Shown here in pieces: positions 1-10,067 of a stretch of DNA of 64,000 nt. Origin of the DNA: Monocercomonoides exilis PA203 (taxonomy: Eukaryota; Protista; Preaxostyla); contig LSRY02000008.1 of the NCBI GenBank assembly GCA_001643675.2, forward strand, positions 372,001 to 436,000. The letters are read 5' to 3'. The position numbers were made by a program, and so were the translations under genes. Below the pieces are notes generated by a model, which saw only the letters and a program-made list of their open reading frames with translations, had not been told where the DNA came from and made no database searches. Numbering within the stretch: position 1 is the first letter of the stretch; each line of letters begins with the position of its first letter.

Positions 1-1
1 C

Positions 2-3000
2 AGAATTGTTGACTGGAACACGAAGCTGCTGGTGTGCCACGAGACGATTGACCAGTGGCTGGCTGTGCAGGCGCTGTGGATCTACTTGGAAGCTGTGTTC
101 AATGGAGGAGATATCGCTCAACAATTGCCACAAGCCGCCCGTCTGTTCCAGGGAATTGATAAGTCCTGGGTGAAGCTGATGGACTCGGCAAGAGACAGAA
201 AGAACATCATTGCCATTTGCTGTGCCGACGACACACTGAAGACGCTGCTGCCCCATCTCACTGAGCAGCTGGAGTCTTGCCAGAAGTCACTTTCTGGTTA
301 TCTTGAGACAAAACGTTCCTTGTTCCCTCGTTTCTACTTTGTGTCTGATCCCAATCTGTTGGAAATTCTGGGTCAAGCCACCGATCCGAATGCCATCCAG
401 CCGCAACTGAAGAACATCTTCGATAACATCGCCCGTGTCGATTTCGACCGTTCGAAGAGAACACACATCATTGGAATGAACTCAAGTGAGAACGAACATG
501 TGGATCTGGTGAAGCGTGTGGTGGCTGAGGGGCATATTGAGCACTGGCTACAGTCGCTTGTGGACGGAATGAGAGCGACACTGAGAAATGTGACGAAGGA
601 CTCTGTTTTGGCGATGGATCAAATGGAGCTGGAGGACTTTGTGTGGAAATTCCCAGCACAGATTGCGTTGTTGGGCATCCAGCTGATGTGGACAAGAGAT
701 TGTGATTTGGCTTTGAGAGCAGCGAGAACAGACAAGAATGCACTGAACAACTGCAACAAGAAGAATGCGAATGTTCTGAAGAGGCTTGTGGATATGACAA
801 CGAAAGATTTGACATCACTGCAGAGAACGAAGATTGAGACGCTTGTGACAATCGATGTGCATCAGAGAGATATCTTCGATGAACTGGTGAAGCAGAAGAT
901 CCGCTCGCCACACGAGTTCAACTGGCTGAAACAGACGCGTTTCTACTGGAAGTCAGATGAGCAGCTGGTGCAGATTCAGATCACAGATATCGACTTCAAC
1001 TACTGCTACGAGTATTTGGGATGCACAGAACGTCTTGTGGTTACTCCATTGACTGACAGATGCTACATCACACTGGCACAGGCACTGGGAATGTTCCTGG
1101 GAGGTGCTCCAGCAGGGCCAGCCGGAACAGGAAAGACTGAGACAGTTAAGGATATGGGCAAAGCACTGGGGAAATACGTGGTTGTGTTCAACTGCTCTGA
1201 TCAGATGGACTATAGAGGATTGGGAAAGATCTTCAAAGGACTGGCACAATCTGGGTCGTGGGGTGATTTTGATGAGTTCAATCGTATTGAACCAGCTGTG
1301 CTGTCTGTGGTTGCACAGCAAGTGTCGTGTATTTTGACTGCGCTGAGAGAGAGAAGGAACTCGTTTGTCTTCACTGATGGTACAACTGTGCCCTTGTTGC
1401 CTGAGTGCGGTTACTTCATCACAATGAATCCAGGTTATGCTGGTCGTGTGGAGCTGCCAGAGAACTTGAAGGCTGTCTTCCGTTCCGTCGCTATGATGGT
1501 GCCAGACAGGCAGATCATTCAGAGAGTGAAGCTGGCTGCGGCTGGTTTCCAGGAGAACATCATCCTCGCAAAGAAGTTCTACATTTTGTACCGTCTGTGC
1601 GAAGAGCAACTGTCACAGCAGAGACATTACGATTTCGGTCTGAGAAACATTCTGGCTGTGCTGAGAACATGCGGAGCAACAAAGAGAATGCGGCCGTCAG
1701 ATAACGAGTCTCAGATTCTTATGCGTGTGGTGCGTGATATGAACTTGTCAAAGCTGGTCGATGAAGATGGGCCTCTGTTCAATTCTTTGATTAACGATCT
1801 GTTCCCTGGGCTGGAAGTGAAAGCAGAGCCTTATCCAGACTTGGAGAAAGGTATTCAGGAAGAAGTTGAGAAAGCAGGCCTTATTATGCATCCTTCGTGG
1901 GTGCTGAAGATTATCCAGCTGCATGAGACAATCACAGTACGTCATGGTGTGTTCGTGATGGGTGTGGCTGGCTCAGGAAAGACAAAGTGCATTCAGATGC
2001 TGGCAAAGGCATATGGACATGTGGGAATGCCACACAAGGAAACAAGGCTGAATCCAAAGGCCATTACAGCAACACAGATGTTTGGAAAACTGGATGTGGC
2101 GACAAACGAGTGGTTTGATGGTATCTTCTCAACCATCTGGAGAAAAGCATGCAAAAAGGAGCAGGACTACATCTGGCTGACGCTTGATGGGCCAGTCGAT
2201 GCACTTTGGATTGAGTCAATGAACACAGTGCTGGATGATAACAAGACACTGACATTGGCCAACTCTGATCGTATTCGTATGGGACCGAGAATGAAGATGA
2301 TCTTTGAAGTGGGCAACTTGGATAATGCCTCTCCAGCTACTGTGTCTCGTGGTGGTATGATTTTCTTGTCTCGTTCGACTCTTGGGTGGATGCCTATTGT
2401 GCAATCACGCATTTCAAAGAGGAACGATGCAGCTATTTTGGAAGATCTGTTTGCGAAGACAATGGACAAAGTGTTTGCATTCATTGAGAAGAACACGAAA
2501 GAAGTGATGGGCAACGAGCCACTTGCTGCTGCCTCGTCATGCCTCGACATTTTGCAGGCACTTGCACCAGCCGATTCGAACTTGGCTCCTCAGATGCTGG
2601 AGCGCTTCTTTGTGTTCTCAATGATTTGGTCTGTTGGTGGGCGTCTGGAGCCTGAAGATCGCGTGAAGCTGCACAAGTTCATGAAGGACGAGCTTCAATT
2701 GGATCTGCCTCCAATGACAAAAGACGGAGATACAGTTTATGACTACATGGTGAACAAGGAGAGCGGAGAGTGGGTGCATATTTCGACAATGGTGCCTGAT
2801 TATACCTATCCTCGCACATACACCCCGTCCTTTGCCGATCTGTTCATTCCAACTGTGGACAATGTTCGCGCACAGTTCCTGATCAACCTGATTGCTTCGC
2901 AGAACAAGCAGATTTTGTGCATTGGAGAATCAGGTACAGCAAAGACAGTTACCATCATGCAATACTTGGAATCACTGGACAAAGAAACAATGCTTTCGAA

Positions 3001-6000
3001 AGTGCTCAACTTTTCATCAGCCACCACCCCAATCATCTTCCAGAGGATGCTTGAATCCCTTATCGACAAGCGTATTGGTGCATATGGTCCACCAGGCGGA
3101 AGGAAGATGACGATCTTTGTGGATGATGTAAACATGCCAGAATACAACGAGTGGAATGATCAGGTGACGAATGAGCTTTTCAGACAGCTTGTGGAAGAGC
3201 ACGGGTTCTACAACCTGGACAAGCCTGGTCTGTTTACAGAGATTGTGGACATTCAGTTCATCTGCGCCATGCCTCACCCAGGAGGAGGGCGAAACGACAT
3301 TCCATCGCGTTTCCGCAGGCATTTCAGCATTTTCAACTTCACAATGCCATCTCGTGCGAATCTTCAGAAGATCTTTGGCACAATTGTGGAGGGACATTTC
3401 TGCCCAGAAAGGAAGTTCAGCAACGAAGTGATTGAAGTGGCACAGAAGATTTGTGCAATCACACACGAAATGTGGGAAGTGACTAAAGCGAAGATGCTTC
3501 CAACTCCTTCGAAGTTCCACTACATTTTCAACTTGAGAGATATGTCACGTATCTTCCAGGGAATGATTAAAGCAGAATCTGACATTGTTAAAACTGTGCC
3601 CACTTTCTTACAGTTGTGGAGACACGAATGCTGCCGTGTGATGCCAGACAAGTTTGTAAGCAAAGAAGATGTTCAATGGTTCGACAAAGCAATGCACGAT
3701 ATTCTTCAAAAGCAATTCCCGTCGTCTGTTGTGAATGAAGTGATGAAGCCGTGTCTGTTTGTAGATTTCATGAGAGATGCACCAGAAGACGACAACGTCG
3801 ACATGTCACAGCCAGTGGCAGAGCCAACCGAGCCGCATATTTACGAGCCAGTGATGGTGGTGGATGATCTGAAGCACAGAGCGGAGGAATTCATGGAGCG
3901 ATACAACGAAGCTAACAAGCGTGCGAAGATTAACATTGTGCTCTTCCAAGATGCCCTTGAGCATTTGACAAGAATCTACCGTATCATCACTACACCTCGT
4001 GGAAATGCACTGCTTGTTGGTGTGGGAGGCTCAGGAAAGCAGACGCTGACACGTCTTGCAGCATTTATTGCGCATGCGAAGACATTCCAGATCCAAATCA
4101 CGAGAACATACAATACAAATAACCTTCTGGATGATCTGAAGATTGTGTATCGTATGGCTGGTGTTGAAGGACATTCAGTTGTGTTCCTGTTTACCGATAA
4201 TGAAATCAAAGAGGAAGGCTTTTTGGAGTACATCAACTGCATCTTGACATCTGGTGAAATTCCATCTTTGTTCGCGAAGGATGAAGTTGACTCAATTACA
4301 ACTGACATTCGGCCGAGGATGAAGAAGCTGGCACCGAAGATCATTGACACAGCAGAAAATCTGTGGAAGTTCTTCATCGAGCAAGTGAAGGACAACCTGC
4401 ATGTCGTCCTGTGCTTCTCTCCAATCGGAGATAAGTTCAGAAACAGAGCCAGAAAGTTCCCTGGGCTTATTTCCGGTTGCAACATCGACTGGTTCAAGCC
4501 GTGGCCGAAGGAGGCGCTTTTGGAAGTGGCCCAGCAGTTCCTGTCATCGTTTGACATCGACTGCTCACCGGAGGTTAAAGCACAGCTTGTGGATCACATG
4601 TCATTTGTGCATCACAAAGTGAATGACGTGTCAAATGAATACTTCCAAAGATTGAGGAGACACGCTTATGTCACACCCAAGTCGTATCTGTCGTTCATCA
4701 ACACTTACAAGAGCATGTACACGCGCAAGCGGAATGAAGTTCTTGAGATGAAGGAGAGATTGAAGACAGGGCTGACAAAGCTGCTGACAGCTGCAAAGGA
4801 TATTGAAGAAATGAAGAAAGAATTGGTGGTGCAAGAACAAGAATTGAAGGTTGCACAGACAAAAGCTGCAGAATTCTTGACTGTCATCACAGCCAACACC
4901 GCAGCTGCTGAAAAGACAAAGTTCGAAGTGCAAAAAGTGAAAGATGCATTGGCCATTGAAGCTGAGAAGATCAATGCACAGAAAGAAGAAGCAGAAAGAG
5001 GACTTGCTGCAGCTAAACCCGAACTGGAAGAAGCCGAAAGAGCGCTGAACCAGATTACAGGAGGAGATATAGCCACGCTGAAGAAGCTGGGTACACCTCC
5101 AAACCTGATTATGAGGATTATGGATGGTGTGCTGCTGCTTCGTAACTATTCCATCGAGCAAGTGACAATCGAGACAGACAAAGACAAGCAGCAGATCAAG
5201 CCCTCTTGGTCCGCATCCAAAGTGATGCTCCAGGAGTCTGGTCTTCTGCAGTCCCTTCAGCAGTTCCCGAAGGAATCCATCACCGACGAGCAGTGCGAGC
5301 TGCTGGCACCTTATTTGGAGATGCCTGACTTCAACAAGGACGCTGCAAAGAACGCTTGTGGTAACCTGGCTGGTCTTTGCTCGTGGATCAGAGCTATGGT
5401 GAGCTACCACTTCATTGCAAAGAATGTGGAGCCAAAGATCAAAGCACTGATGGAGGCTGAAGCAATCCAGAGAGTGACACAGGCGAAGCTGGACATTGCA
5501 GAGAGAGATTTGGCAGAGAAGCAGAAGACGTTGGATGAGATGAAGGCGCAGTACGATTCAGCAATGGCAGAGAAGCAGAGGCTGCAGGACAAGGCAGACC
5601 TGACGAAGAAGAGAATGGACTCTGCGAATGCGCTTATCACTGGGCTGTCTGGCGAGCGAAAGAGATGGAGCGAGGAAATCATCCAGTTCGATGAAGACAT
5701 CAAGAAGTTTGTGGGAGATGTGTGCTTGGCTTCGTCGTTCTTGTGCTATGCTGGTCCGTTCAACAGCGAATACAGAGAGATTCTGAGAGACGAGTGGTTG
5801 AAGGACTTGAAGAGAAGGAACATTCCAATCCAGAAGGATCTTTCACTCACAAAGTTCTGCACAGATGAAGCAACAGTCGCTGAGTGGAATGCCCAGGGAC
5901 TGCCAACTGATGATCTTTCGATCCAGAACGGTATTGTGATCACAACATCTGATCGATATCCGCTTCTGATTGATCCACAAGGGCAAGGACGCTCATGGAT

Positions 6001-9000
6001 TATCAACAAGGAGAAGGATCTCAAGATTACAACTTTGAACCACCGTTACTTCAGAAATTACTTGGAAGAATGCGTTTCACTCGGAAAGTCGCTTCTCATT
6101 GAGGATATTCAGGAAGAGTTGGATCCAGTGCTTGATTCGATTCTTGAGAAGCAGTTTGTGAAGGCTGGGTCGAAGTCATTCACAGTTCGTATTGGAGACA
6201 AAGATGTGGACTATGATAAGAACTTCAAGCTGTTTATGACCACAAAACTGCCAAATCCTCACTTCTCGCCTGAGGTCTGTGCGAAGACGTCTGTGGTGGA
6301 CTTCACAGTGACAATGAAAGGGCTTGAGCAGCAGATTCTGGGGCGTGTCATTGAAAAGGAGAGAAGCGAGCTGGAAGAGCAGAGGCATCAGGTTTTGAAC
6401 GATGTGGCTGCAAACAAGAAGATGGTGCAGCAATACGAGAGAGATCTGCTTTATCGTCTGAGTGAATCAAAAGGCAATCTTCTTGATGATGATGAAATGA
6501 TTGCAGTGCTTAGAAACACCAAGAAAGCAGCACAGGAAGTCGCGGAGAAATTGTCCATCGGAGAAATTACTGAAGCGAAGATCAACGAAGCTAGAGAAGA
6601 ATACAGGCCTGTGGCGACTCGTGCATCAATTTTGTATTTCCTGATTGGAGAAATGACTCTGGTGAACTCGATGTACAACACATCTCTTGCAGTCTTCCTT
6701 CGTCTGTTTGACATTTCAATGGACAGAAGCGAAAAATCACCGATTGCCTCGAAGAGGATTGAGAACATTATCAACTTCGCGACATTCCACATCTTCCGCT
6801 ATGTGTCTCGTGGGCTGTTCTCCAACCACAAGATTCTGTACACGCTGCAAATGGCACTCAAAATCGACATGGCAAGTGGGAAGATATCGCGCGACCAGTT
6901 CAACGTGCTGATCAAAGGAGGCGCAGCGCTGGACATTGCAACAGCCAGACCAAAGCCGTTTGCATGGATTCCTGACAACGTGTGGCTGAACCTGGTATCC
7001 CTGTCGGGGCTGCCATCGTGCCGTGCAGTTCTCGAGCAGATCACACAGAACGGCGATGCCTGGAAGAAGTGGTATGACTCAGAAGCGCCTGAGACAACGC
7101 CTATTCCCGATGTGTACGACAGAATGGACTCGTTCGGAAAGCTCCTGTTTGTCCGGTGCTGGCGAGAGGACAGAACCATTCTGGCGACAAACCTCTATTT
7201 GGCCGAGTCGCTTGGGCAGAGGTTTGTGTCTGTGCCGAATCCGGAGCTTGAGGAGACCTGGGAAGAGACAGAGACGAACATTCCAGTGCTGTTCCTGCTG
7301 TCTCTGGGTACAGACCCCACAGCTAACGTGGATGCGCTGTCGAAGAAGATGAAGATTCCGATGATGCTGACTTCTATGGGACAAGGGCAGGATGTATTTG
7401 CGCGCAGACAGCTGCAGCAGGCTATGCAGAGCGGGGCGTGGGTGATGCTGCAGAACTGTCATCTGGATCTGGCCTTTATGGAAGAGATTGAGCAGCAGAT
7501 CATCACAATGAAATCTGACGTGCACAAAGACTTCAGATTGTTCCTCTCCACTGAAATGGTCGACAAATTCCCCATTTCACTTCTTCAGCTCTCTATCAAA
7601 GTTGCATGCGAGTCGCCAATGGGAATTAAAGCAGGTATGCTTCGTAACTACAACTGGCTGTCTGAAGAGATGCTGTCTGTGATTGAGAAGAAAGAGTGGA
7701 AGCCTCTTCTGTACGCTATGTGCTTCCTGCACACAACAGTCGTCGAGAGAAAGAGGTTTGGCCCGTTGGGATGGAACGTGCCATATGAATTCAACCAGTC
7801 TGACTTGTCAGCGTCAATCTCGTTCCTTCAGACGCATCTGTACCAAATGGATGCCAAGAAGGGTATTTCGTGGTCGACAGTGAGGTATATGGTGTGCGAA
7901 GTGCATTATGGTGGCAGAATCACAGATGACCACGATCGAAGACTGATGAACACTTATGGTGATGTGTGGCTTGACTCAGCAGTGTTCCAACCGAAATTCA
8001 GATTTGGAGGAGAAGCAGCATATCCAATCCCGAATCTGAACAAGCAGTCTGAGTATTTGGAGTACATTGAGAAGGAAATTCCAATTTATGATTCACCACT
8101 TGCATTTGGAATGCATCCGAATGCGAACATTACATACAGAAACCAACAGGCAACAACGATTTTGGAGACAATTCTTGCCATTCAGCCAAAAGAGGCAACA
8201 GGCTCAGGAGAAACACCTGAAGAGATTGTGCTGCGTGTTGTGAACAACATGATGAAGAACCTGCCTCAAGATTTCAACCCCGCTGAAGTGAGGCAAAGCA
8301 TTGCCCAGCTTCAAGGCGGCTCGACAATGCCTCTGAATATCTTCCTGAAACAAGAGATTGATCGTATGCAGGTTGTTATTTCGACGATCCGTGCAACGTG
8401 CCACGACTTGGAGCTGGCCATTGCCGGTACAATTGTGATGTCCCAGAACCTGCAGACAGCGCTGACATCGCTCTTTGACTCGAGAGTGCCTGAGCAGTGG
8501 CTGCGTGTGTCGTGGGCATCACCCACACTTGGCTTCTGGTTTGGCGATGTGGGTGCAAGAACAAAGCAGCTGAGGGAGTGGATGAAGATGGGCAGACCGA
8601 AGACTTTCTGGCTGACTGGCTTTTTCAACCCGCAAGGGTTCTTGACATCGATGCGACAGGAGATTACACGTGCCCATGGTTGGGCTCTGGATACAGTGGC
8701 GCTCACGACAGAAGTGACGAAGTTCCTCACGAAGGACGATGTGAAGGCGCCGCCTGAGGAAGGGGTGTACGTCCACGGGCTGTTTCTGGACGGAGCTGCT
8801 TGGGACGCGAGCGAAATGCGGCTGACGGACTCTGCGCCGAAGGTGCTGTATTCGCCGCTGAATGTCGTGTGGGTCTCTGCTACCAACACCGCCCGCTCGA
8901 AGGACAGCACGATCTACGTGTGCCCCTGCTACAAGGTGCCGAAGCGTACGGGACTCAACTACATCTTCGAGATTGACTTGTCAACAAGAGATCCACCAGA

Positions 9001-9046
9001 AAAGTGGATTTTGAGAGGTGTTGCATTGCTGTGCTCAAAGCAGTAA
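2..9046 (+). CDS. DNAH5: Axonemal dynein heavy chain, outer-arm gamma type (DNAH5/DNAH8/ODA2-like), 5'-partial
   Basis: The frame is open from base 2 (RIVDWNTKLLVCHE...) to TAA at 9044-9046, with no intron in the window. It has four P-loops (GPAGTGKT, GVAGSGKT, GESGTAKT, GVGGSGKQ), a stalk coiled coil and the C-terminal WILRGVALLC. The AAA1 context GKYVVVFNCSDQMDYRGLGKIFKGLAQSGSWG matches the gamma/DNAH5 class. The symbol indicates class, not proven orthology. Confidence 0.96.
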   Translation, partial: RIVDWNTKLLVCHETIDQWLAVQALWIYLEAVFNGGDIAQQLPQAARLFQGIDKSWVKLMDSARDRKNIIAICCADDTLKTLLPHLTEQLESCQKSLSGYLETKRSLFPRFYFVSDPNLLEILGQATDPNAIQPQLKNIFDNIARVDFDRSKRTHIIGMNSSENEHVDLVKRVVAEGHIEHWLQSLVDGMRATLRNVTKDSVLAMDQMELEDFVWKFPAQIALLGIQLMWTRDCDLALRAARTDKNALNNCNKKNANVLKRLVDMTTKDLTSLQRTKIETLVTIDVHQRDIFDELVKQKIRSPHEFNWLKQTRFYWKSDEQLVQIQITDIDFNYCYEYLGCTERLVVTPLTDRCYITLAQALGMFLGGAPAGPAGTGKTETVKDMGKALGKYVVVFNCSDQMDYRGLGKIFKGLAQSGSWGDFDEFNRIEPAVLSVVAQQVSCILTALRERRNSFVFTDGTTVPLLPECGYFITMNPGYAGRVELPENLKAVFRSVAMMVPDRQIIQRVKLAAAGFQENIILAKKFYILYRLCEEQLSQQRHYDFGLRNILAVLRTCGATKRMRPSDNESQILMRVVRDMNLSKLVDEDGPLFNSLINDLFPGLEVKAEPYPDLEKGIQEEVEKAGLIMHPSWVLKIIQLHETITVRHGVFVMGVAGSGKTKCIQMLAKAYGHVGMPHKETRLNPKAITATQMFGKLDVATNEWFDGIFSTIWRKACKKEQDYIWLTLDGPVDALWIESMNTVLDDNKTLTLANSDRIRMGPRMKMIFEVGNLDNASPATVSRGGMIFLSRSTLGWMPIVQSRISKRNDAAILEDLFAKTMDKVFAFIEKNTKEVMGNEPLAAASSCLDILQALAPADSNLAPQMLERFFVFSMIWSVGGRLEPEDRVKLHKFMKDELQLDLPPMTKDGDTVYDYMVNKESGEWVHISTMVPDYTYPRTYTPSFADLFIPTVDNVRAQFLINLIASQNKQILCIGESGTAKTVTIMQYLESLDKETMLSKVLNFSSATTPIIFQRMLESLIDKRIGAYGPPGGRKMTIFVDDVNMPEYNEWNDQVTNELFRQLVEEHGFYNLDKPGLFTEIVDIQFICAMPHPGGGRNDIPSRFRRHFSIFNFTMPSRANLQKIFGTIVEGHFCPERKFSNEVIEVAQKICAITHEMWEVTKAKMLPTPSKFHYIFNLRDMSRIFQGMIKAESDIVKTVPTFLQLWRHECCRVMPDKFVSKEDVQWFDKAMHDILQKQFPSSVVNEVMKPCLFVDFMRDAPEDDNVDMSQPVAEPTEPHIYEPVMVVDDLKHRAEEFMERYNEANKRAKINIVLFQDALEHLTRIYRIITTPRGNALLVGVGGSGKQTLTRLAAFIAHAKTFQIQITRTYNTNNLLDDLKIVYRMAGVEGHSVVFLFTDNEIKEEGFLEYINCILTSGEIPSLFAKDEVDSITTDIRPRMKKLAPKIIDTAENLWKFFIEQVKDNLHVVLCFSPIGDKFRNRARKFPGLISGCNIDWFKPWPKEALLEVAQQFLSSFDIDCSPEVKAQLVDHMSFVHHKVNDVSNEYFQRLRRHAYVTPKSYLSFINTYKSMYTRKRNEVLEMKERLKTGLTKLLTAAKDIEEMKKELVVQEQELKVAQTKAAEFLTVITANTAAAEKTKFEVQKVKDALAIEAEKINAQKEEAERGLAAAKPELEEAERALNQITGGDIATLKKLGTPPNLIMRIMDGVLLLRNYSIEQVTIETDKDKQQIKPSWSASKVMLQESGLLQSLQQFPKESITDEQCELLAPYLEMPDFNKDAAKNACGNLAGLCSWIRAMVSYHFIAKNVEPKIKALMEAEAIQRVTQAKLDIAERDLAEKQKTLDEMKAQYDSAMAEKQRLQDKADLTKKRMDSANALITGLSGERKRWSEEIIQFDEDIKKFVGDVCLASSFLCYAGPFNSEYREILRDEWLKDLKRRNIPIQKDLSLTKFCTDEATVAEWNAQGLPTDDLSIQNGIVITTSDRYPLLIDPQGQGRSWIINKEKDLKITTLNHRYFRNYLEECVSLGKSLLIEDIQEELDPVLDSILEKQFVKAGSKSFTVRIGDKDVDYDKNFKLFMTTKLPNPHFSPEVCAKTSVVDFTVTMKGLEQQILGRVIEKERSELEEQRHQVLNDVAANKKMVQQYERDLLYRLSESKGNLLDDDEMIAVLRNTKKAAQEVAEKLSIGEITEAKINEAREEYRPVATRASILYFLIGEMTLVNSMYNTSLAVFLRLFDISMDRSEKSPIASKRIENIINFATFHIFRYVSRGLFSNHKILYTLQMALKIDMASGKISRDQFNVLIKGGAALDIATARPKPFAWIPDNVWLNLVSLSGLPSCRAVLEQITQNGDAWKKWYDSEAPETTPIPDVYDRMDSFGKLLFVRCWREDRTILATNLYLAESLGQRFVSVPNPELEETWEETETNIPVLFLLSLGTDPTANVDALSKKMKIPMMLTSMGQGQDVFARRQLQQAMQSGAWVMLQNCHLDLAFMEEIEQQIITMKSDVHKDFRLFLSTEMVDKFPISLLQLSIKVACESPMGIKAGMLRNYNWLSEEMLSVIEKKEWKPLLYAMCFLHTTVVERKRFGPLGWNVPYEFNQSDLSASISFLQTHLYQMDAKKGISWSTVRYMVCEVHYGGRITDDHDRRLMNTYGDVWLDSAVFQPKFRFGGEAAYPIPNLNKQSEYLEYIEKEIPIYDSPLAFGMHPNANITYRNQQATTILETILAIQPKEATGSGETPEEIVLRVVNNMMKNLPQDFNPAEVRQSIAQLQGGSTMPLNIFLKQEIDRMQVVISTIRATCHDLELAIAGTIVMSQNLQTALTSLFDSRVPEQWLRVSWASPTLGFWFGDVGARTKQLREWMKMGRPKTFWLTGFFNPQGFLTSMRQEITRAHGWALDTVALTTEVTKFLTKDDVKAPPEEGVYVHGLFLDGAAWDASEMRLTDSAPKVLYSPLNVVWVSATNTARSKDSTIYVCPCYKVPKRTGLNYIFEIDLSTRDPPEKWILRGVALLCSKQ

Positions 9047-9077
9047 GCAGTTTTCAATTGGAAGTGGGCTCTATTGG

Positions 9078-9083
9078 AATAAA
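9078..9083 (+). promoter_or_regulatory. Possible polyadenylation signal of the dynein gene
   Basis: AATAAA about 30 nt after the stop codon; weak evidence in AT-rich DNA. Confidence 0.3.
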
Positions 9084-9541
9084 GAAACAAAAGATAAAAA
9101 TTAAATCCATTTATTCTCAATTTTTTGCATAAAAAATTACATTATTTCTGAATAATGTACTTTATTAACAAGATTGAGAAGCAACACTTTGATTTTCATG
9201 TGGGATCTTAATCGAGCCTTGTCTTTTTCTCATATTATTTTATTCATTTCAATCTCTTTTAATTTTTAATGTACAACAGAAAAAAATTATTTTCAATAAT
9301 TCTTTTTAATTTTCTTAAAAGCGGTTTCTTTTGCCTTTTAACAATGAATAGTTAACAAAAAAAAACTTGTTAAGAATTTCAAATTCTTCAATTGAATCAT
9401 TTTCCTTTTCCTTTTCATTTCCCTACAGTTTCTTTTCCAGCTTTCGACATGAAAGAAATTTAATCAAAACAAATGGATATAAGAATACAAATCTGATTTA
9501 AGTTATTAATGAAGGCTTCTCCAGATGGAGAAAAAGATCAG

Positions 9542-10067
9542 AATATCAAATGAATGGAAATGCTTTTGAAATGAAAAAACGAAGTTGTCAAAATTCTGAA
9601 AAACAAAGAGAAATTATTCTCTTTATGAAATTAAAAATAAAATTTGAAATAAATTGACAAAACTGTTGAATCGGATGAATAAAAAACACATACCATTCAA
9701 AACAACAGAGTGAATGGGATTCTCTCAAATGGGAGAAAAAAGTCGGAAAGAATCGTTTTGTCAAATAATTATTGCTCGATTTCTAAAAGTTATAAAAGTC
9801 GACAAAAGTCCTTTCAACAATTCGGGGAGTTATGCAAACAAGTGGGAATAAGAAGAAAATGGATTGAAATGAATATTCTTTGAAGAACATCAAAAATACA
9901 AAAAAGAAAAACAAAAAGGCCAAGCAAAAAGTAAAAAGTGAAGCAAATATCAATAAAATCGTTGAAATGATGCAAATCTGCTGCTCAGATATTTGTGTGC
10001 CGGTTGGCACAAATGAAAACACAATATATCTTCAGCACCATAAAATATACATATGAAATGAAAACAA
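9542..10067 (-). repeat. Conserved 3' flank of repeat-protein gene 1 (copy of 19159-19678; diverged copy at 63641-64000)
   Basis: Colinear near-identity with 19159-19678, e.g. aaaacaaagagaaattattctctttatgaaa and agtcggaaagaatcgttttgtcaaataattattgctcg. Confidence 0.85.

Noticed and set aside
258-8910. Many antisense and alternate-frame ORFs within dynein
   Set aside because: Shadow ORFs from codon bias; short and with no motifs.
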